Below, piece by piece: positions 37,226-64,000 of a stretch of 64,000 nucleotides of DNA; the first letter of the stretch is position 1; every line of letters begins with the position of its first letter. The DNA comes from Octopus sinensis. Its lineage: Eukaryota. The position numbers and the translations under genes were made by a program. Where the stretch lies: NCBI RefSeq assembly GCF_006345805.1, contig NC_043021.1, positions 10,354,001-10,418,000 of the forward strand, read 5' to 3'. Under the pieces are notes generated by a model. The model was given only the letters and a program-made list of their open reading frames with translations, was not told the origin of the DNA and searched no databases.

Positions 37226-38689
37226 GACTGGCTTCTTTTAGTTTCCATCTACCAAATCCACTCACAAGGCATTGGTCAGCCTGAAGCTATAGCAGAAGAC
37301 ACTTGCCCAAGGTGTTGCACAGTGGAACTGAACCTGGAACCATGTGGTAGGAAAGCAAGCTTCTTCCCACTCAGTCACACCTGCACCTATATATATATAT
37401 ATATATGCATATATATATATATATATTGGCACGTAAAAAGCACCATCCGATTGTGGCCGCTGCCAGCCTCCCCTGGCACCTGTGCCGATGGCATGTAAAA
37501 GCATCCACTACACTCACGGAGTGGTTGGCGTTAGGAAGGGCATCCAGCTGTAGAAACACTGCCAGATCAGACTGGGCCTGGTGCAGCCTTCTGGCTTCCC
37601 AGATCCCCGGTAGAACCGTCCAACCCATGCTAGCATGGAAAGCGGACGCTAAACAATGATGATGATGATATATATATATATATTATATATATATATATAT
37701 ATATATTGTTGTTCTTTTGGTCAAACTATTGTATCTCTAGCTGCTTCAGATGCCAAGATATGAAAATAGTCAAAGTGTAGTACAACGATTTAGCATTTTT
37801 CTAAAGTGTAGTAAGTCCCACATATGACAGTTTTGCAAAAAATATTTCTGATTGAAAATATCATACATGCATGGAGTTATTTTATGCACCCAACAAAGCA
37901 TTATTGTTAAGCTGAAACTGTTGCTATTGTAAAAAATGAAATGGAATGGTGAAACTGTTTTTCCGTTTTCTAAAAATGCATCTTTTTTTTTTCGGACTTA
38001 GGACACTTTTGCATAATAGCTGTGATATGGTATGGTATGTATCAAGCCGTAAATCCTCGAGTATAGTCCGCCCTTGAGTATAATACTCAGGGGATTTTTA
38101 GGGGGATGTACCTCTGAAAAACCTAAACCTTGTGTGTAATACGAACCCCTTCTCTAACTTGAGTCAAGGAGGTCTATATAACGTCCTTGGTTTGCAAAAC
38201 TGTATACGGTAACGTCCTTTATTATTATTGTATATATAACATAATGCAAACATGTAGCTTTTTTGTGCATTTTGTTTGCAGAAAATAAAGAAATAATAGT
38301 AATAACATTTAATAAATGTTGCTTACTGCAAGTTATGGATGATTCTTTTATGACTTCATTGCTTTCAGGATTAGCTTAAGGTATTTTCGCGCCCGACATC
38401 ACAAAATGCGTCTGAATAAACATTGCCGGACAATAAATAGAATCTCGGACATTGCTTAGAAAATATTTTTCATTTTTAACCTCGTATATAGTACGCACTA
38501 GAGATTTTGACCTTTAAATTTTGGGGGGAAAATGCGGATTATACTCGAGGATTTATGGTATATATATTTTCTTAATTTTGTTTTTAGCTGCATCAAAGTG
38601 ATGACATTGATAATGATGTTGATGAAATTGTGCAGCTATTTGAGGAACGACTGCAACAACCAATTCTACACACCATGGCTTTCTGTTGA
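6494..38689 (+). CDS. SSU72: Ssu72 RNA polymerase II CTD phosphatase, 5'-partial; join(6494..6637,30880..31019,36651..36769,38588..38689)
   Basis: Spliced translation (S)[167 protein letters not shown] matches the Ssu72 family. Exon phases join in frame (144, 140, 119, 102 bp). Exon 1 with the catalytic CX5R motif was not seen in the window. Confidence 0.96.
7501..7733 (+). mobile_element. tRNA-derived SINE with a Nin/Deu-like core (family 1), intact copy with TSD
   Basis: A/B-box-like head, core gcctttcatcctttcggg..gataaat.aagtacc, TSD agttagcttgttag on both sides. Many more copies, e.g. 1657, 1900, 12092-12830, 18165, 19368, 21471, 27021, 39523, 58447-58838, 59200-59650. Confidence 0.85.
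8200..8628 (+). mobile_element. Non-LTR retroposon family 4 (SINE or LINE 3' end) with (GAT)n tail and internal repeats of about 60 bp
   Basis: gcacgtaaaaagcacc repeats and ...ccaacccatgctagcatggaaagcggacg.taaacgatgatgat tail; copies at 14416-14607, 17095-17520, 20615-20938, 29175-29640, 37427-37668, 44412-44838 and 56790-57330. Confidence 0.8.
22675..23238. mobile_element. piggyBac-like MITE with an internally triplicated unit of about 170 bp; similar structure at 15840-16385
   Basis: ttaaccctttcgttact start; three repeats of aaatataacaaagaatttagt...ggtatcaaaagggttaa. Confidence 0.75.
23354..23543. mobile_element. hAT-like MITE
   Basis: CAGTG termini (cagtgcttcacaac / gttgcggagcactg) with an imperfect 8-bp TSD ctgtatag/ctgtatct. 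Confidence 0.65.
24675..25155 (-). repeat. Exact tandem duplication (240-bp period) of a family-1 SINE bounded by (AAT)n
   Basis: Identical sequence starting at 24691 and 24931. Confidence 0.92.
28729..29160. mobile_element. Fold-back element (184-bp inverted arms, 31-nt loop) inserted in (TA)n; probably a Penelope-like pLTR remnant
   Basis: Arms 28729-28912 and 28944-29127 are complementary apart from one mismatch seen; contains a minimal hammerhead motif. Confidence 0.8.
29029..29066 (+). ncRNA. Minimal type-I hammerhead ribozyme-like motif (U3-A8 core variant)
   Basis: CAG-TTGAAAA-GGTC(tcaaaat)GACC-GAAA-CCGGTA-CTG: stem I, core, stem II, GAAA, palindromic stem III (ACCGGT), GUA cleavage triplet. 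Confidence 0.6.
30880..31019 (+). CDS. SSU72: Ssu72 coding exon 3 (140 bp)
   Basis: Encodes [26 protein letters not shown]...[11 protein letters not shown]; U12-type acceptor upstream, gtcagt donor downstream. Confidence 0.96.
31153..31537 (+). mobile_element. tRNA-derived SINE family 3
   Basis: Head tggcccagtggttagggcagcggactcgcggtcgtaggatcgcggtttcgattccc; near-identical copies at 3138, 24326, 31578, 41769 and 43429-43795 (-). Confidence 0.85.
32021..32329. mobile_element. hAT-like MITE
   Basis: cagtggttcccaaa ... tttgagacccactg termini; 8-bp TSD agttagat/ggttagat. Confidence 0.75.
33662..34047 (-). mobile_element. Non-autonomous Helitron (386 bp)
   Basis: On the - strand it starts TC(TTTATATATAAAAG) and ends with GC hairpin CCCGAGCAACGCCGGG, a short spacer and CTAG; inserted between A and T with no TSD. 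Confidence 0.85.
34157..34194 (+). ncRNA. Degenerate minimal hammerhead-like motif
   Basis: TTG-TTGATGA-GGTC(taatga)GACT-GAAA-CATGTA-TAA; palindromic ACATGT stem III; stems weakened by G-U pairs. Confidence 0.4.
34885..34919 (+). ncRNA. Minimal hammerhead-like motif in a 218-bp insert (34801-35018) within (TA)n
   Basis: GTTT-CCGATGA-A-GAGC(tcc)GCTC-GAAA-CGTT-AAAC; U4>C deviation from CUGANGA. Confidence 0.45.
35800..36615. repeat. GC-rich 22-bp minisatellite (about 35 copies), unit ATACCCCCGGTGGCCTCGCGGC, directly upstream of Ssu72 exon 4
   Basis: Homogeneous core at 36270-36460 with diverged flanks; explains the repetitive ORFs at 35784-36686. Confidence 0.95.
36651..36769 (+). CDS. SSU72: Ssu72 coding exon 4 (119 bp)
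   Basis: ttatttccag acceptor; encodes the [14 protein letters not shown] motif; gtaagg donor. Confidence 0.95.
38047..38558. mobile_element. MITE with 25-bp TIRs (CCGTAAATCCTCGAGTATA...), Tc1/mariner-pogo-like
   Basis: ccgtaaatcctcgagtatagtccgc ... gcggattatactcgaggatttatgg, followed by TA. Confidence 0.75.
38588..38689 (+). CDS. SSU72: Ssu72 terminal coding exon 5 (102 bp including TGA)
   Basis: ttttgtttttag acceptor; [33 protein letters not shown]-stop; A-rich 3' UTR with AATAAA motifs follows. Confidence 0.93.
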   Translation: MHQSDDIDNDVDEIVQLFEERLQQPILHTMAFC

Positions 38690-40655
38690 ACATCATCATC
38701 TCTGACTGACTGACTGAAATAGTTTGAAGGAGGAGGAAGAAGTGAAAGAAGAAGAAGAAAAAGAAAATCTGGATTGATACCAGTTTTTATGTCATTTTAT
38801 ATTAAAAAAAAAAAAGAAATAAAAAAAAAAATAACCCAGACCATGGTAATGGGACTCAACAAATGGATATATCAAATAAAAAAAATAAAACAAATTAGCC
38901 AAAGAAAAAAAAAACAAAAAATAAAATATATACAGAAATGAGATATTAATACATCTCCCCCCCCCTCTACCTTTGTTTTGATTTTTCTATATTTGCAAGT
39001 CCAAGACATTTTTTGTTTTTGTTTTTTTTTTTTACAGCAAAAACATTGCTTTGATTAAATTTGAAAAAAACTTCCAGTCAATTTTTTTTTTTTTACTTAA
39101 TTTTCATGTCTTTCTTTCCATCTACTCACCCACCCACCCACCCATTTTCCACTCCTTTTTGTATTTTTGTTCAGTAATATATTTTTTCCACTTTGCATCC
39201 TTCCCAAACCCCCACCCACCCACCATATCTACCCAAATTACAAAAGATGTAATGTTTTGGTGAGGAATTTAAAATTGTGAGAAAATACTCAATATTAAAA
39301 AATTGACTTTTGTTTTGTATTTATTTTGTTGTATGTATATGCTTTATTAAATTTATCAGACAATATCACATTTGAGAGGTCACAGCTCTTGCACTATGGA
39401 CATGTGATTAGATTAGGGTTTCTCAATCGGGTTCCATATAAGATTTTGGTGGGTCCACACAACAAAATAATAAACTGTGGATCCACAATAGTATATTAAA
39501 GGTCCATGAAAAAGTTTTGCTTAAGGTGGCGAGCTGGCAGAAACGTTAGCATGCCGGGTGAAATGCTTAGTGGTATTTCGTCAGCCATTATGTTCTGAGT
39601 TCAAATTCCGCCGAGGTCAACTTTGCCTTTCATCCTTTTGGGGTCGATTAAATTAAGTACCAGTTACATGCTGGGGTTGATATAATCAACTTTATCCCTT
39701 TGTCTGTCATTGTTTGTACCCTCTATGTTTAGCCCCATGTGGGCAATAAAGAAATAACATAGGCGCAGGAGTGGCTGTGTGGTAAGTAGCTTGCTAACCA
39801 ATCACATGGTTCTGGGTTCAGTTCCACTGCGTGGCATCTTGGGCAAGTGTCTTCTGCTATAGCCCCGGGCCGACCAATGCCTTGTGAGTGGATTTGGTAG
39901 ACGGAAACTGAAAGAAGCCTGTCGTGTATATATATATTCTTTTTCTCTTCTCTTTCCTCTGATTCTTTGGTCTAATCTTCCACTACCCTCCTATTTCTTT
40001 GTCTCGCTCTGCACTCACAGGTCAATCTTCGACACCCATCCCTTCTCCTCTCTGATTCCTTCTTTCTCTCTCTTCTCTCTCTTTGTTGCGTTTGTCCCTC
40101 CTCTCTCTCTCTCTCTCTTCCGTTGCTTCTCTTTCTTTTCTTTTCTCTCTTCTCTGTCACGTGACTGCTGGCCGAAATCTGCCTTTCAGCTTCTGACCAG
40201 CGTCGTGTTAACATCGTTGTTTTTCGTCCGCCGCTATAGGCATCGCCGATAAGGCTCCTTTCCTTGCGCCAGAGAAAAAATTTGTTTGCTTGTTATCAGT
40301 TGTAAGACACTTGTTGTTGTTTTCACCGTTAATGCTTCTGTATTTCATGTTTCTGTATTCCATTATTTTTTTGTTTTTTTATATTCGTCCCTTTTGCTGT
40401 CCTGGTGTCCGTATGCATTCGATCCTTCTTCCAGGAAATCTACGCTCCCAGCTTAGTTTTTCTAATGCTCGTTGCTTAGTTTTTCTTGGAGGGCTGGCCG
40501 TGATCTAGTAATCTCAAGATTAATCAGCCGAAATTACTACGATGATCCGGTTCTTGACTGAAGACTGAGGGTTTCGAATGTCCTGTCCGTGTTTATTGTA
40601 TCGTCTTCTAAGAGTTATACGTTCTTGTCCATGTTGTATTTTTCTACATACCTTA

Positions 40656-40715
<60 letters not shown>

Positions 40716-43700
40716 GTGTGTGTGTATATGTGTTTGTGTGTCTGTGTTTGTCCCCCTAGCATTGCTTGACAACCGATGCTGGTGTGTTTACGTCCCCGTC
40801 ACTTAGCGGTTCGGCAAAAGAGACTGATAGAATAAGTACTGGGCTTACAAAGAATAAGTCCCGGGGTCGATTTGCTCGACTAAAGGCGGTGCTCCAGCAT
40901 GGCCGCAATCAAATGACTGAAACAAGTAAAATAGTAACATAAATATGTATAAAATATCATTTAGGTGGCAAGCTGGCAGAAACGTTAGCACGTTGGGCGA
41001 AATGCTTAGCGGTATTTCGTCCGCCGTTATGTCCTGAGGTTGACTTTGCCTTTCATCCTTTTGGGGGTCGATAAATTATAGTTTCTTCAAGCCAAGCCAA
41101 CCAACAGAAGACTTAGGGGTAGACCAAGAATGAAATGATTGGATGATATCCTTGGTTTCAGGTGGTCATGTTTGAGAATCCAGCCGGAAAGAGTAATGAT
41201 GGTTGCTTCCGATGAGATGCTATTGAAGGGGTACCTGAGGACTCTTCCAGGAATAGTGGAGGGATAGATACCTTATTAGAGAGTGTGAGGCAGCTTTATG
41301 CTTAGTGACAAATAGTCAAATTTTTCAGACCAAAGTTTCCAGCCAAAAAGAAGAGGTAGATCGACTTATACATCAAAGGTATGGATGTGGGTGGAAATAT
41401 TTTGTTCATAGACATTGATGCATAATTAGATGCAACTTCGGGACATTCTACTACTGCTGCTACTAGATATATTTACATACTATGCTTGGCCACCATCATA
41501 TTTACCAAACCCCACCCCAACCAAGGTCACCAGCACTCTAGTTATTATTAGTACTAGTAATGCCAATGCCATTAATAAGGTTAACAAGGCAACCACCAAC
41601 AACATGACCTACACTTACTAGTTTTTCTCATTGCCTCTGCAATTTTGGAGGACCAAAAGATAGCGATGATGTTTGAATGCTTACACTACATACTTGGTCG
41701 ACTTGTATACCTGAAAATGGGGTAACTGGGATGACAAGGTGCTCCTGTTGGACCTGTACATAGTCATGAGGAGGCGCAATGGCCCAGTGGTTAGGGCAGC
41801 GAACTTGCGGTTTCAATTCCCAGACCGGGTGTTGTGAGTGTTTATTGAGCGAAAACACCTAAAGCTCCACGAGTCTCCGGCAGGGGATGGTGGTGATCCC
41901 TGCTGTACTCTTTCACCACAACTTTCTCTCACTCTTCCTGTTTCAGTTGTACCTGTATTTCAAAGGGCCGGCCTTGTCACTCTCTGTGTCACGCTAAATA
42001 TCCCCGAGAACTACGTTAAGGGTACACGCGTCTGTGGAGTGCTCAGCCACTTACACGTTAATTTCACGAGCAGGCTGTTCCGTTGATTCTGATCAACAGG
42101 AACCCTCATCGTCGTAACCGACGGAGTGCTTCCAACATAGTCATGAGTTCAAATCTTGCTGTTTTTTTTTTTTTGTTTTTGCTGCTTTCATGGATTACCA
42201 TGATTCTTTGTTGCCATCCAATTCCATTATGAATTTGAATTGGGAGCTTCTGTCATACTGAATCTTTCATAAGCTGATTACACTCCATGCTGGAGTATTG
42301 CCTTGAAGAATTTTTAGTCAAATATATCGATACCAGTGCATTTTTTTAAAGCATGATACTTATTCTATCAGTCTCTTTTGCTGAACTGCTATGATACAAG
42401 GATGTAAACAAACCAGCACCAGTTGTCAACAGAGATATGTGTAATCATATATACTTACACACATACATGCATGGGCTTCTTTCACTTTCTCTCTACCAAA
42501 TCCACTGTCAAGACTTTGTTCGGCCCATGGCTATTGCAGAAAACATTTGCCCAAGGTGCCACACAGTGGGACTGACCCTGGAAGCAAGCTTCTTCTTACC
42601 AGATAGCCACACTGGCTTCTCCATGACCCTGCTTATATCAACACAATCCTAGTGAATTCTTACAGAATTTGAAATTTGCTTTGTTTCATCAATGTATCCA
42701 GCTTGGCATAGCTTTTACAGGAATTTCTCTCTCAGACTTGCAGAACCATCATCATTATCTAAAGTTATTTTTCCATGCTTGCATGAGTAGGACAGATTTT
42801 CTATGGTCAGATGCCCTTGCCCTGTCAGTAACCCTCGTCTGTTTCCAAGCAAGGTAATATTTCTTCATGGCAAGACATGTCCTTGCAGAATATTGGGAAA
42901 TGAACAACACTGCTTGTGTAACAGTGACACTCATTTACAACAATCATGTGACTTCAAGACAAAGCAATACAAACACACGATGAGCCCCCATTCAGTTTCT
43001 GTCTACCATATCCACTCACAAGGATTTGGTCAGCCTGGGGATATGGTAGAAACACTTGTTCAAGGTTCCACACAGTGGGACTGAACTCAGAACCATGTGG
43101 TTGGGAAGCAAACTTCTTACCACACCATCTATATAACAATTTTAGCATTAATTACTCATCTTGTATAAAGAGCATCATCATCATAACATGACCTCTCTTC
43201 AAGTTGGCATGGATTGGACAGATGGTTACATACCATGTCAGTTCCTTTTAGAGTTATTGCCCTCTTAGACATGTTAGGGGATCACTTCTTGCCCATTCTT
43301 TATATTTTGCCATAGCCTCTAGGGCTGGAAGTTCTTCCTAGCACCAACTGTGTTGATGTATATGTGAAAAGCAATCTTCAGCCGTTTAGCATTTAAAATG
43401 GCCAAATAAACTCAGTTTTCTACACATGGATGGAAGCACTCCGTCGGTTACGACGAGGGTTCCGGTTGATCTGAATCAATGGAACAGCCTGCTCATGAAA
43501 TTAACGTGTAAGTGGCTGAGCACTCCACAGACACGTGTACCCTTAACGTAGTTCTCGGGGATATTCAGCATGACACAGAGTGACAAGGCCGGTCCTTTGA
43601 AATACAGGTACAACAGAAACAGGAAGTAAGAGTGAAAGAAAGTTGTGGTGAAAGAGTACAGCAGGGATCACCACCATCCCCTGCCGGAGCCTCGTGGAGC

Positions 43701-44935
43701 TTTAGGTGTTTTCGCTCAATAAACACTCACAACGCCCGGTCTGGGAATCGAAACCGCGAGTCCGCTGCCCTAATCACTGGGCCATTGCGCCTCCACTTTC
43801 TACACATACAGGCTTGTTCTTTCAGGAGCTGGTCTCACTTAAAAAGCACCTGTGCCGGCAGCATGCAAGAAGTGCCTAGCGCACACTGTAAAATGTTTGC
43901 CATTAAGAAAGGCATCCAGCCATAGAAAGCATGCCACAACAGACAGTTGAAGTTAGGAAAGCTCCCTGCAGGCCACCTCAATGTCAAACTGTCCAACTCA
44001 TGCCAGTATGGAAAGTGGACATTAAACAACGAGGATATCTAGCCCGTATCTTCTGTATCATGTTTAAACCAGCCAGATTTAGCCTGTCACACTTACCCTA
44101 TAATGTCATTCTAAAAATAAACAATCACATCATCAAAATCTCAAAGCTGCATCATTTATTCAAAACTATGTAAACAAATAAGCATTACACAATCTGAATG
44201 CCAAAGGATCAAACAGCCAGTTGAGATGAAATTAAATAGGTTTTAGCAGTTAAACTGGCCATATATTCTGCACCATGTTTAAACCAACCAGATTCAGCTT
44301 CTCACACTTGTCCTACAATGTCATTCTAAAAATAAACAATCACATCACTGAAATCACATGATCGATTCAAAACTTATTAAGATTAATAAGCTTTACATTT
44401 GATTAAGAAATCATCATCATCATCATTTAACGTCCGTTTTCCATGCTAGCATGGGTTGGACGGTTCAACCGGGGTCTGGGAAGCCAGATGGCTGCACCAG
44501 GCTCCAATATTATTCTGGCAGTGTTTCTACACCTGGATGCCCTTCCTAACGCCAACCACTCTGTGAGTGTAGTGGGTGCTTTTTACATGCAACCAGCACA
44601 GGTGCCAGGGGAGGCTGGCAATGGCCACGATCGGTTGGTGCTTTTTACATGTCACTGGCATGGAAGTCAGTCAATGCAGCGCTGGCATCGGCCACGTTCG
44701 GATGGTGCTTTTTACATGCCACCGAAGCCAGTCAATGTGGCACTGGCATCGGCCACGTTCGGATGGTGCTTTCTTTACGTGCCACCGGCACAGGTATCAC
44801 AACTACAATTTCCATTTGATTTTTTGATGTTGATGTACTTGTCTGAATGTTAAAGGATCAAACAGCCAGTTGAGATGAAATGAAACAAGTTTTCAAAATA
44901 AAAACAAAAGAATCCCGATTATTATTATCTGTACT

Positions 44936-44941
44936 TTTATT
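44936..44941 (-). terminator. Probable enolase polyadenylation signal AATAAA
   Basis: AATAAA on the - strand about 160 nt after the stop, followed by U/GU-rich sequence (ttcttttgtttttattttg). Confidence 0.6.
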
Positions 44942-45102
44942 AGTACCCGTGCATTACATGAGTTCTAAAAGATGTATATATTCTGGTTATACAGATATTA
45001 CAAATTAAATTTACAAGATACAGTAAAAATTGACCTGTTCTTTTTTTTAAATCAGAGTCAAAAGAATGATGGAAATAGAAGAGAGGAATTTCATCACGCA
45101 AT

Positions 45103-60710
<15,608 letters not shown>

Positions 60711-61509
60711 ACTTGCAGATTTATAACTGAAATTAGAAAAACAAAAGACAAAATTTCATTAATGTCATCGAGACAATTATTTCTGGAAACAAACAGTTCT
60801 ACTCTTAAATGATGTGACCTAGAGCAACTCTTTGTACTCATCTCCATGATATAGAATAGAAAAATATTTAAAATTGTTTTAACCAAACTCTTCCTAATGA
60901 AGAATACCAACATGTCGCTACTTTGGACAAAAACAACATCAATGACCACCAAACTCTTGAGCTAATAAAGAAGTGCCAATGTATTTGATCGACCTGTGAG
61001 AAATAACTATCATATTCCCTCAAATTATATATACCTTAAAATATTTACCCCACCACTCCAGAATAGATAAGGTTTCTGATATAATAAAAACTGGTCATAA
61101 CTGGAATATCTTGATCAATGGTCAGATCAAAAAGGGCTGAACTACAGTATCTGAACTGCACATACTTGGTACATCTTCCCCTAAACTATCCCCTTTACTA
61201 CACACAGCCAACCCATTTTGCATACATGCATGCCTTGTATGAATATACTTCTGATTGCTTTAAACCAATGCTGATGGCTTCAACAAAATCCCTTCTATTA
61301 TACTCAAACACTATAGCCCAGAGTTAGCCCCCTATACTCAGCAAACTCTTTAATCTTTCCCTCATTACAGGTATAACATGTTATAGTGTGTCCATACCCA
61401 GTGCTTTGCCTGCACTGCCAATATCTTGAAGGGAATAGGGGCAGACAGCTAGGAACAATTTTTCTCATCAAACTGCCCCTGATTTTACAATACAAACTAC
61501 TTGTTTTAA

Positions 61510-61732
61510 CCCAGTAAGTCCCAGGGTACTTAAATTTCTGAATATTACTTTAATTTTTTTACAGATGATTGAAAATAGGTTAAAATGAAAAAAATAATTA
61601 TTAAAACTCCTTTACTTCAAGTAGAAATGGAAATACTCGGTGTCCTATAAATAGGACACTAAGATAATGCGATATAGTTTATTTTATGTTCTCATCTAGT
61701 GTCCTATTTATAGGACAAGGGGATTTAATGGG
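61510..61732. mobile_element. piggyBac-like MITE with internal palindromes
   Basis: TTAA|cccagtaagtccc ... gggatttaatggg|TTAA; internal gtgtcctataaataggacac and tgtcctatttataggaca. Confidence 0.6.
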
Positions 61733-61911
61733 TTAAAGTAGTCTAATTAAAACCTTCCATCAAAATTTCAGCTTAATGACAATGTTATTTGATTAAATAA
61801 TTTTTTTTTAAATTGACAGAAAGAAAGGCAGTATATTTCATTAAAAATATGGTAATGAAAAGGTTAATGTTCTCCAACATTCTAAATGTCTCTCTCTCCT
61901 AAAAGACCATC

Positions 61912-62052
61912 AGTATGGTTCCCACAAAGCCAGATCCACTGGGAGTCTAATCTCCTAAGTCACCAACAAATGAGATCTTGTCTTGGAGAAATTTGGTGAA
62001 AATAAAGTTGTTACTCCTCAACATTAGCAAAGCTTTTGACCATATTGGACAA
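61912..62052 (+). pseudogene. Decayed LINE reverse-transcriptase fragment (CR1/L2-like)
   Basis: Frameshifted remnant resembling YGF.KARSTGD...FGE..VV.LDISKAFD.VW; a related remnant (PTMEYCS.IWG) lies at about 23990-24050. Confidence 0.5.
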
Positions 62053-63694
62053 TATAGTATTACATACACTACATTAGGAAATAAAAGACAGGGTGGTCAT
62101 GACTAGGTCTGTTGCTTAGTCTCTGGGCTGAAAAGGAGGTAAACAACAAAAACACTCAGTAGGTCCCCATTTCTTCTTAGTTACCTCCATATATTTTAGG
62201 TCTTTTTCAGCAAGGTAAATTTTTTTTTTTGCATATGTGAAACAGTTTGCCCCAGTTAAAGAGGATGTTGTGGCAAAACACAGAATGCTATGTTATTTAC
62301 CATGAAAGAACCTCTCATATGGACTTGCGGTGCATAAAAGTACTCCTGTCTAAATCATTGGCAGGTGATAATCATCAGCTATGGCTGCTGGAACTGCCAG
62401 ATCACATGATTTTGGCCTTCCTTGACCTTGTCAGTGAAAGACATCCACAGCTAGTCATAGTAGCTGACTCCCCTACCCGCAGTGATATAAATAGAATTTG
62501 TCTATTCAGGCACTTGTGTTGCAAATAGCCAATTAAGCAATTTGCATTGTTAATCAAGCCTTTACTACCAACATGTCTTTTGCTTTTTATCATATCTTAC
62601 TATTTTTTTGTTTAACCCTTTAGTATTTAAACTGGCCATATCCGGCCAAAATATTTAATCTGTTTTATGCTGAAACTGACCAGATCCAGAACCTCACACC
62701 TACCCTACAATGTTATTCTACATTAGGTAATTACACCATCAAGATCTTGAAGATATGAGATAATGCATGATTAATTCAAATCAATGGGAATCAATAAGCA
62801 TTATGTTTGATAGAATAATCTGAACACTAATGTTAACTCCATAGATACCAACTGCTAGTTTTACAACACAAGGTTTCAAATTTTGAAGTGGTTTCACTAT
62901 TTAACTTAAATATAATTTCAAGAAACTTAAAATATGTTTCAAGTAACAATGAAAAAGTTATTTCATTAAATCTTTTCAAATTCTTGATTATTTTCTAAGT
63001 AAAGTGAAAACATGGACATTAAGTTTATGCAATGGGCTAAAGATGTGGCCAATAATTTTATTCTTGTCTTAGATATCTTAAGTAAAATAAAAGTTGACCT
63101 GGGGCTAAACAACAATACAGGTCTTTTTTGGGGCGGGGGTCGGGGTGCTTTGCATCTATTATCTCATATCAAAGACTGACCATCTTTAATGTGGATGCAT
63201 CGTTTCCCTAACAGTAGTGAAGGTGATAAGACTTCTTCCAAATTACAACTGACTAAAGATTTAAATTTATAAAATCTGTAACGAGCATGTTAGTTACCTT
63301 TCAATGATACATATGCTATAATTCTACATTTTCTCATGGAGTCATTTTGTGTGGAGACAGGTAAACGTGTTGAATTACATTTATTACCAACACCATTAAA
63401 TAATTTTTATGAATTTTAGTATTTAAAAAAACACACACACACCTGATTAAATATAACTTCAGTCTACACAAATAACAAATACTAGTAAATTTTTGCAGTA
63501 TTTTTAAAATTTTTTTTTAAACAAAATTGTACTGCATGAATTCGAAAAGTCGGTGAATAGATTAAGCACAAATTGAAAAGCAACTACTACTATATTTAAG
63601 CTGAAGCATGCCAAGGAAAGGAATTTGATTAAGATATTTTCTCAAACTCAGAATATTTATATTTACATTCTGAAGCAGGAACAGCTGAGTAATC

Positions 63695-63990
63695 CCTTAC
63701 TGATGCAGATGCAGCCCCGTACTGAGGCAGGTGCAGCCCCATACTAAGGCAGGTGCAGCCCTGTACTGAGGCAGGTGCAGCCCCGCACTGAGGCAGGTGC
63801 AGCCCCGCACTGAGGCAGGTGCAGCCCCGGACTGAGGCAGGTGCAGTCCCATACTGAAGCAGGTGCAGCCCTATACTGAAGCAGGAGCAAACTATGGCAG
63901 CCATATAAAGCAGATGCAGCTCACAGTAACTCCATACTGAGGTAGGATTAGCCCACAACAGCTCCACACTGAGGCAGGTGTAGCCCACTG
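63695..63990. repeat. 22-bp minisatellite, unit ACTGAGGCAGGTGCAGCCCCGC
   Basis: About 8 good tandem units at 63700-63885 plus degenerate ones towards the window end. Confidence 0.9.
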
Positions 63991-64000
63991 CAGACCCATA

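Noticed and set aside
40553-40590. Possible hammerhead (CTGAAGA...GAATGTC) in the 39935-40655 element
   Set aside because: No convincing stem II and GAAT instead of GAAA; too degenerate to support

Overview
AT-rich, repeat-dense animal genomic DNA. The SINE, MITE and microsatellite landscape looks like an octopus (coleoid cephalopod) genome; this is an inference from recalled repeat families. Two convergent, spliced housekeeping genes were assembled by hand. (1) Ssu72 CTD phosphatase on the + strand: coding exons 2-5 at 6494-6637, 30880-31019, 36651-36769 and 38588-38689; exon 1 was not found and is presumably upstream. Its second intron is a 24.2-kb U12-type (minor spliceosome) intron with a perfect TCCTTAAC branch site but a degenerate 5' site (GTATCCCAG). 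(2) A complete enolase on the - strand: 12 coding exons from 60710 to 45103, 433 aa, with a 5.3-kb 35-bp minisatellite filling one intron and one atypical GUUAAGU donor. The introns also hold three minimal type-I hammerhead-ribozyme-like motifs of the Penelope kind (one with a U3-A8 compensatory core inside a 184-bp near-perfect fold-back), other long hairpins, a non-autonomous Helitron, piggyBac/hAT/Tc1-like MITEs, at least four SINE-like families and two 22-bp minisatellites. Almost all ORFs in the supplied track are repeat artefacts.
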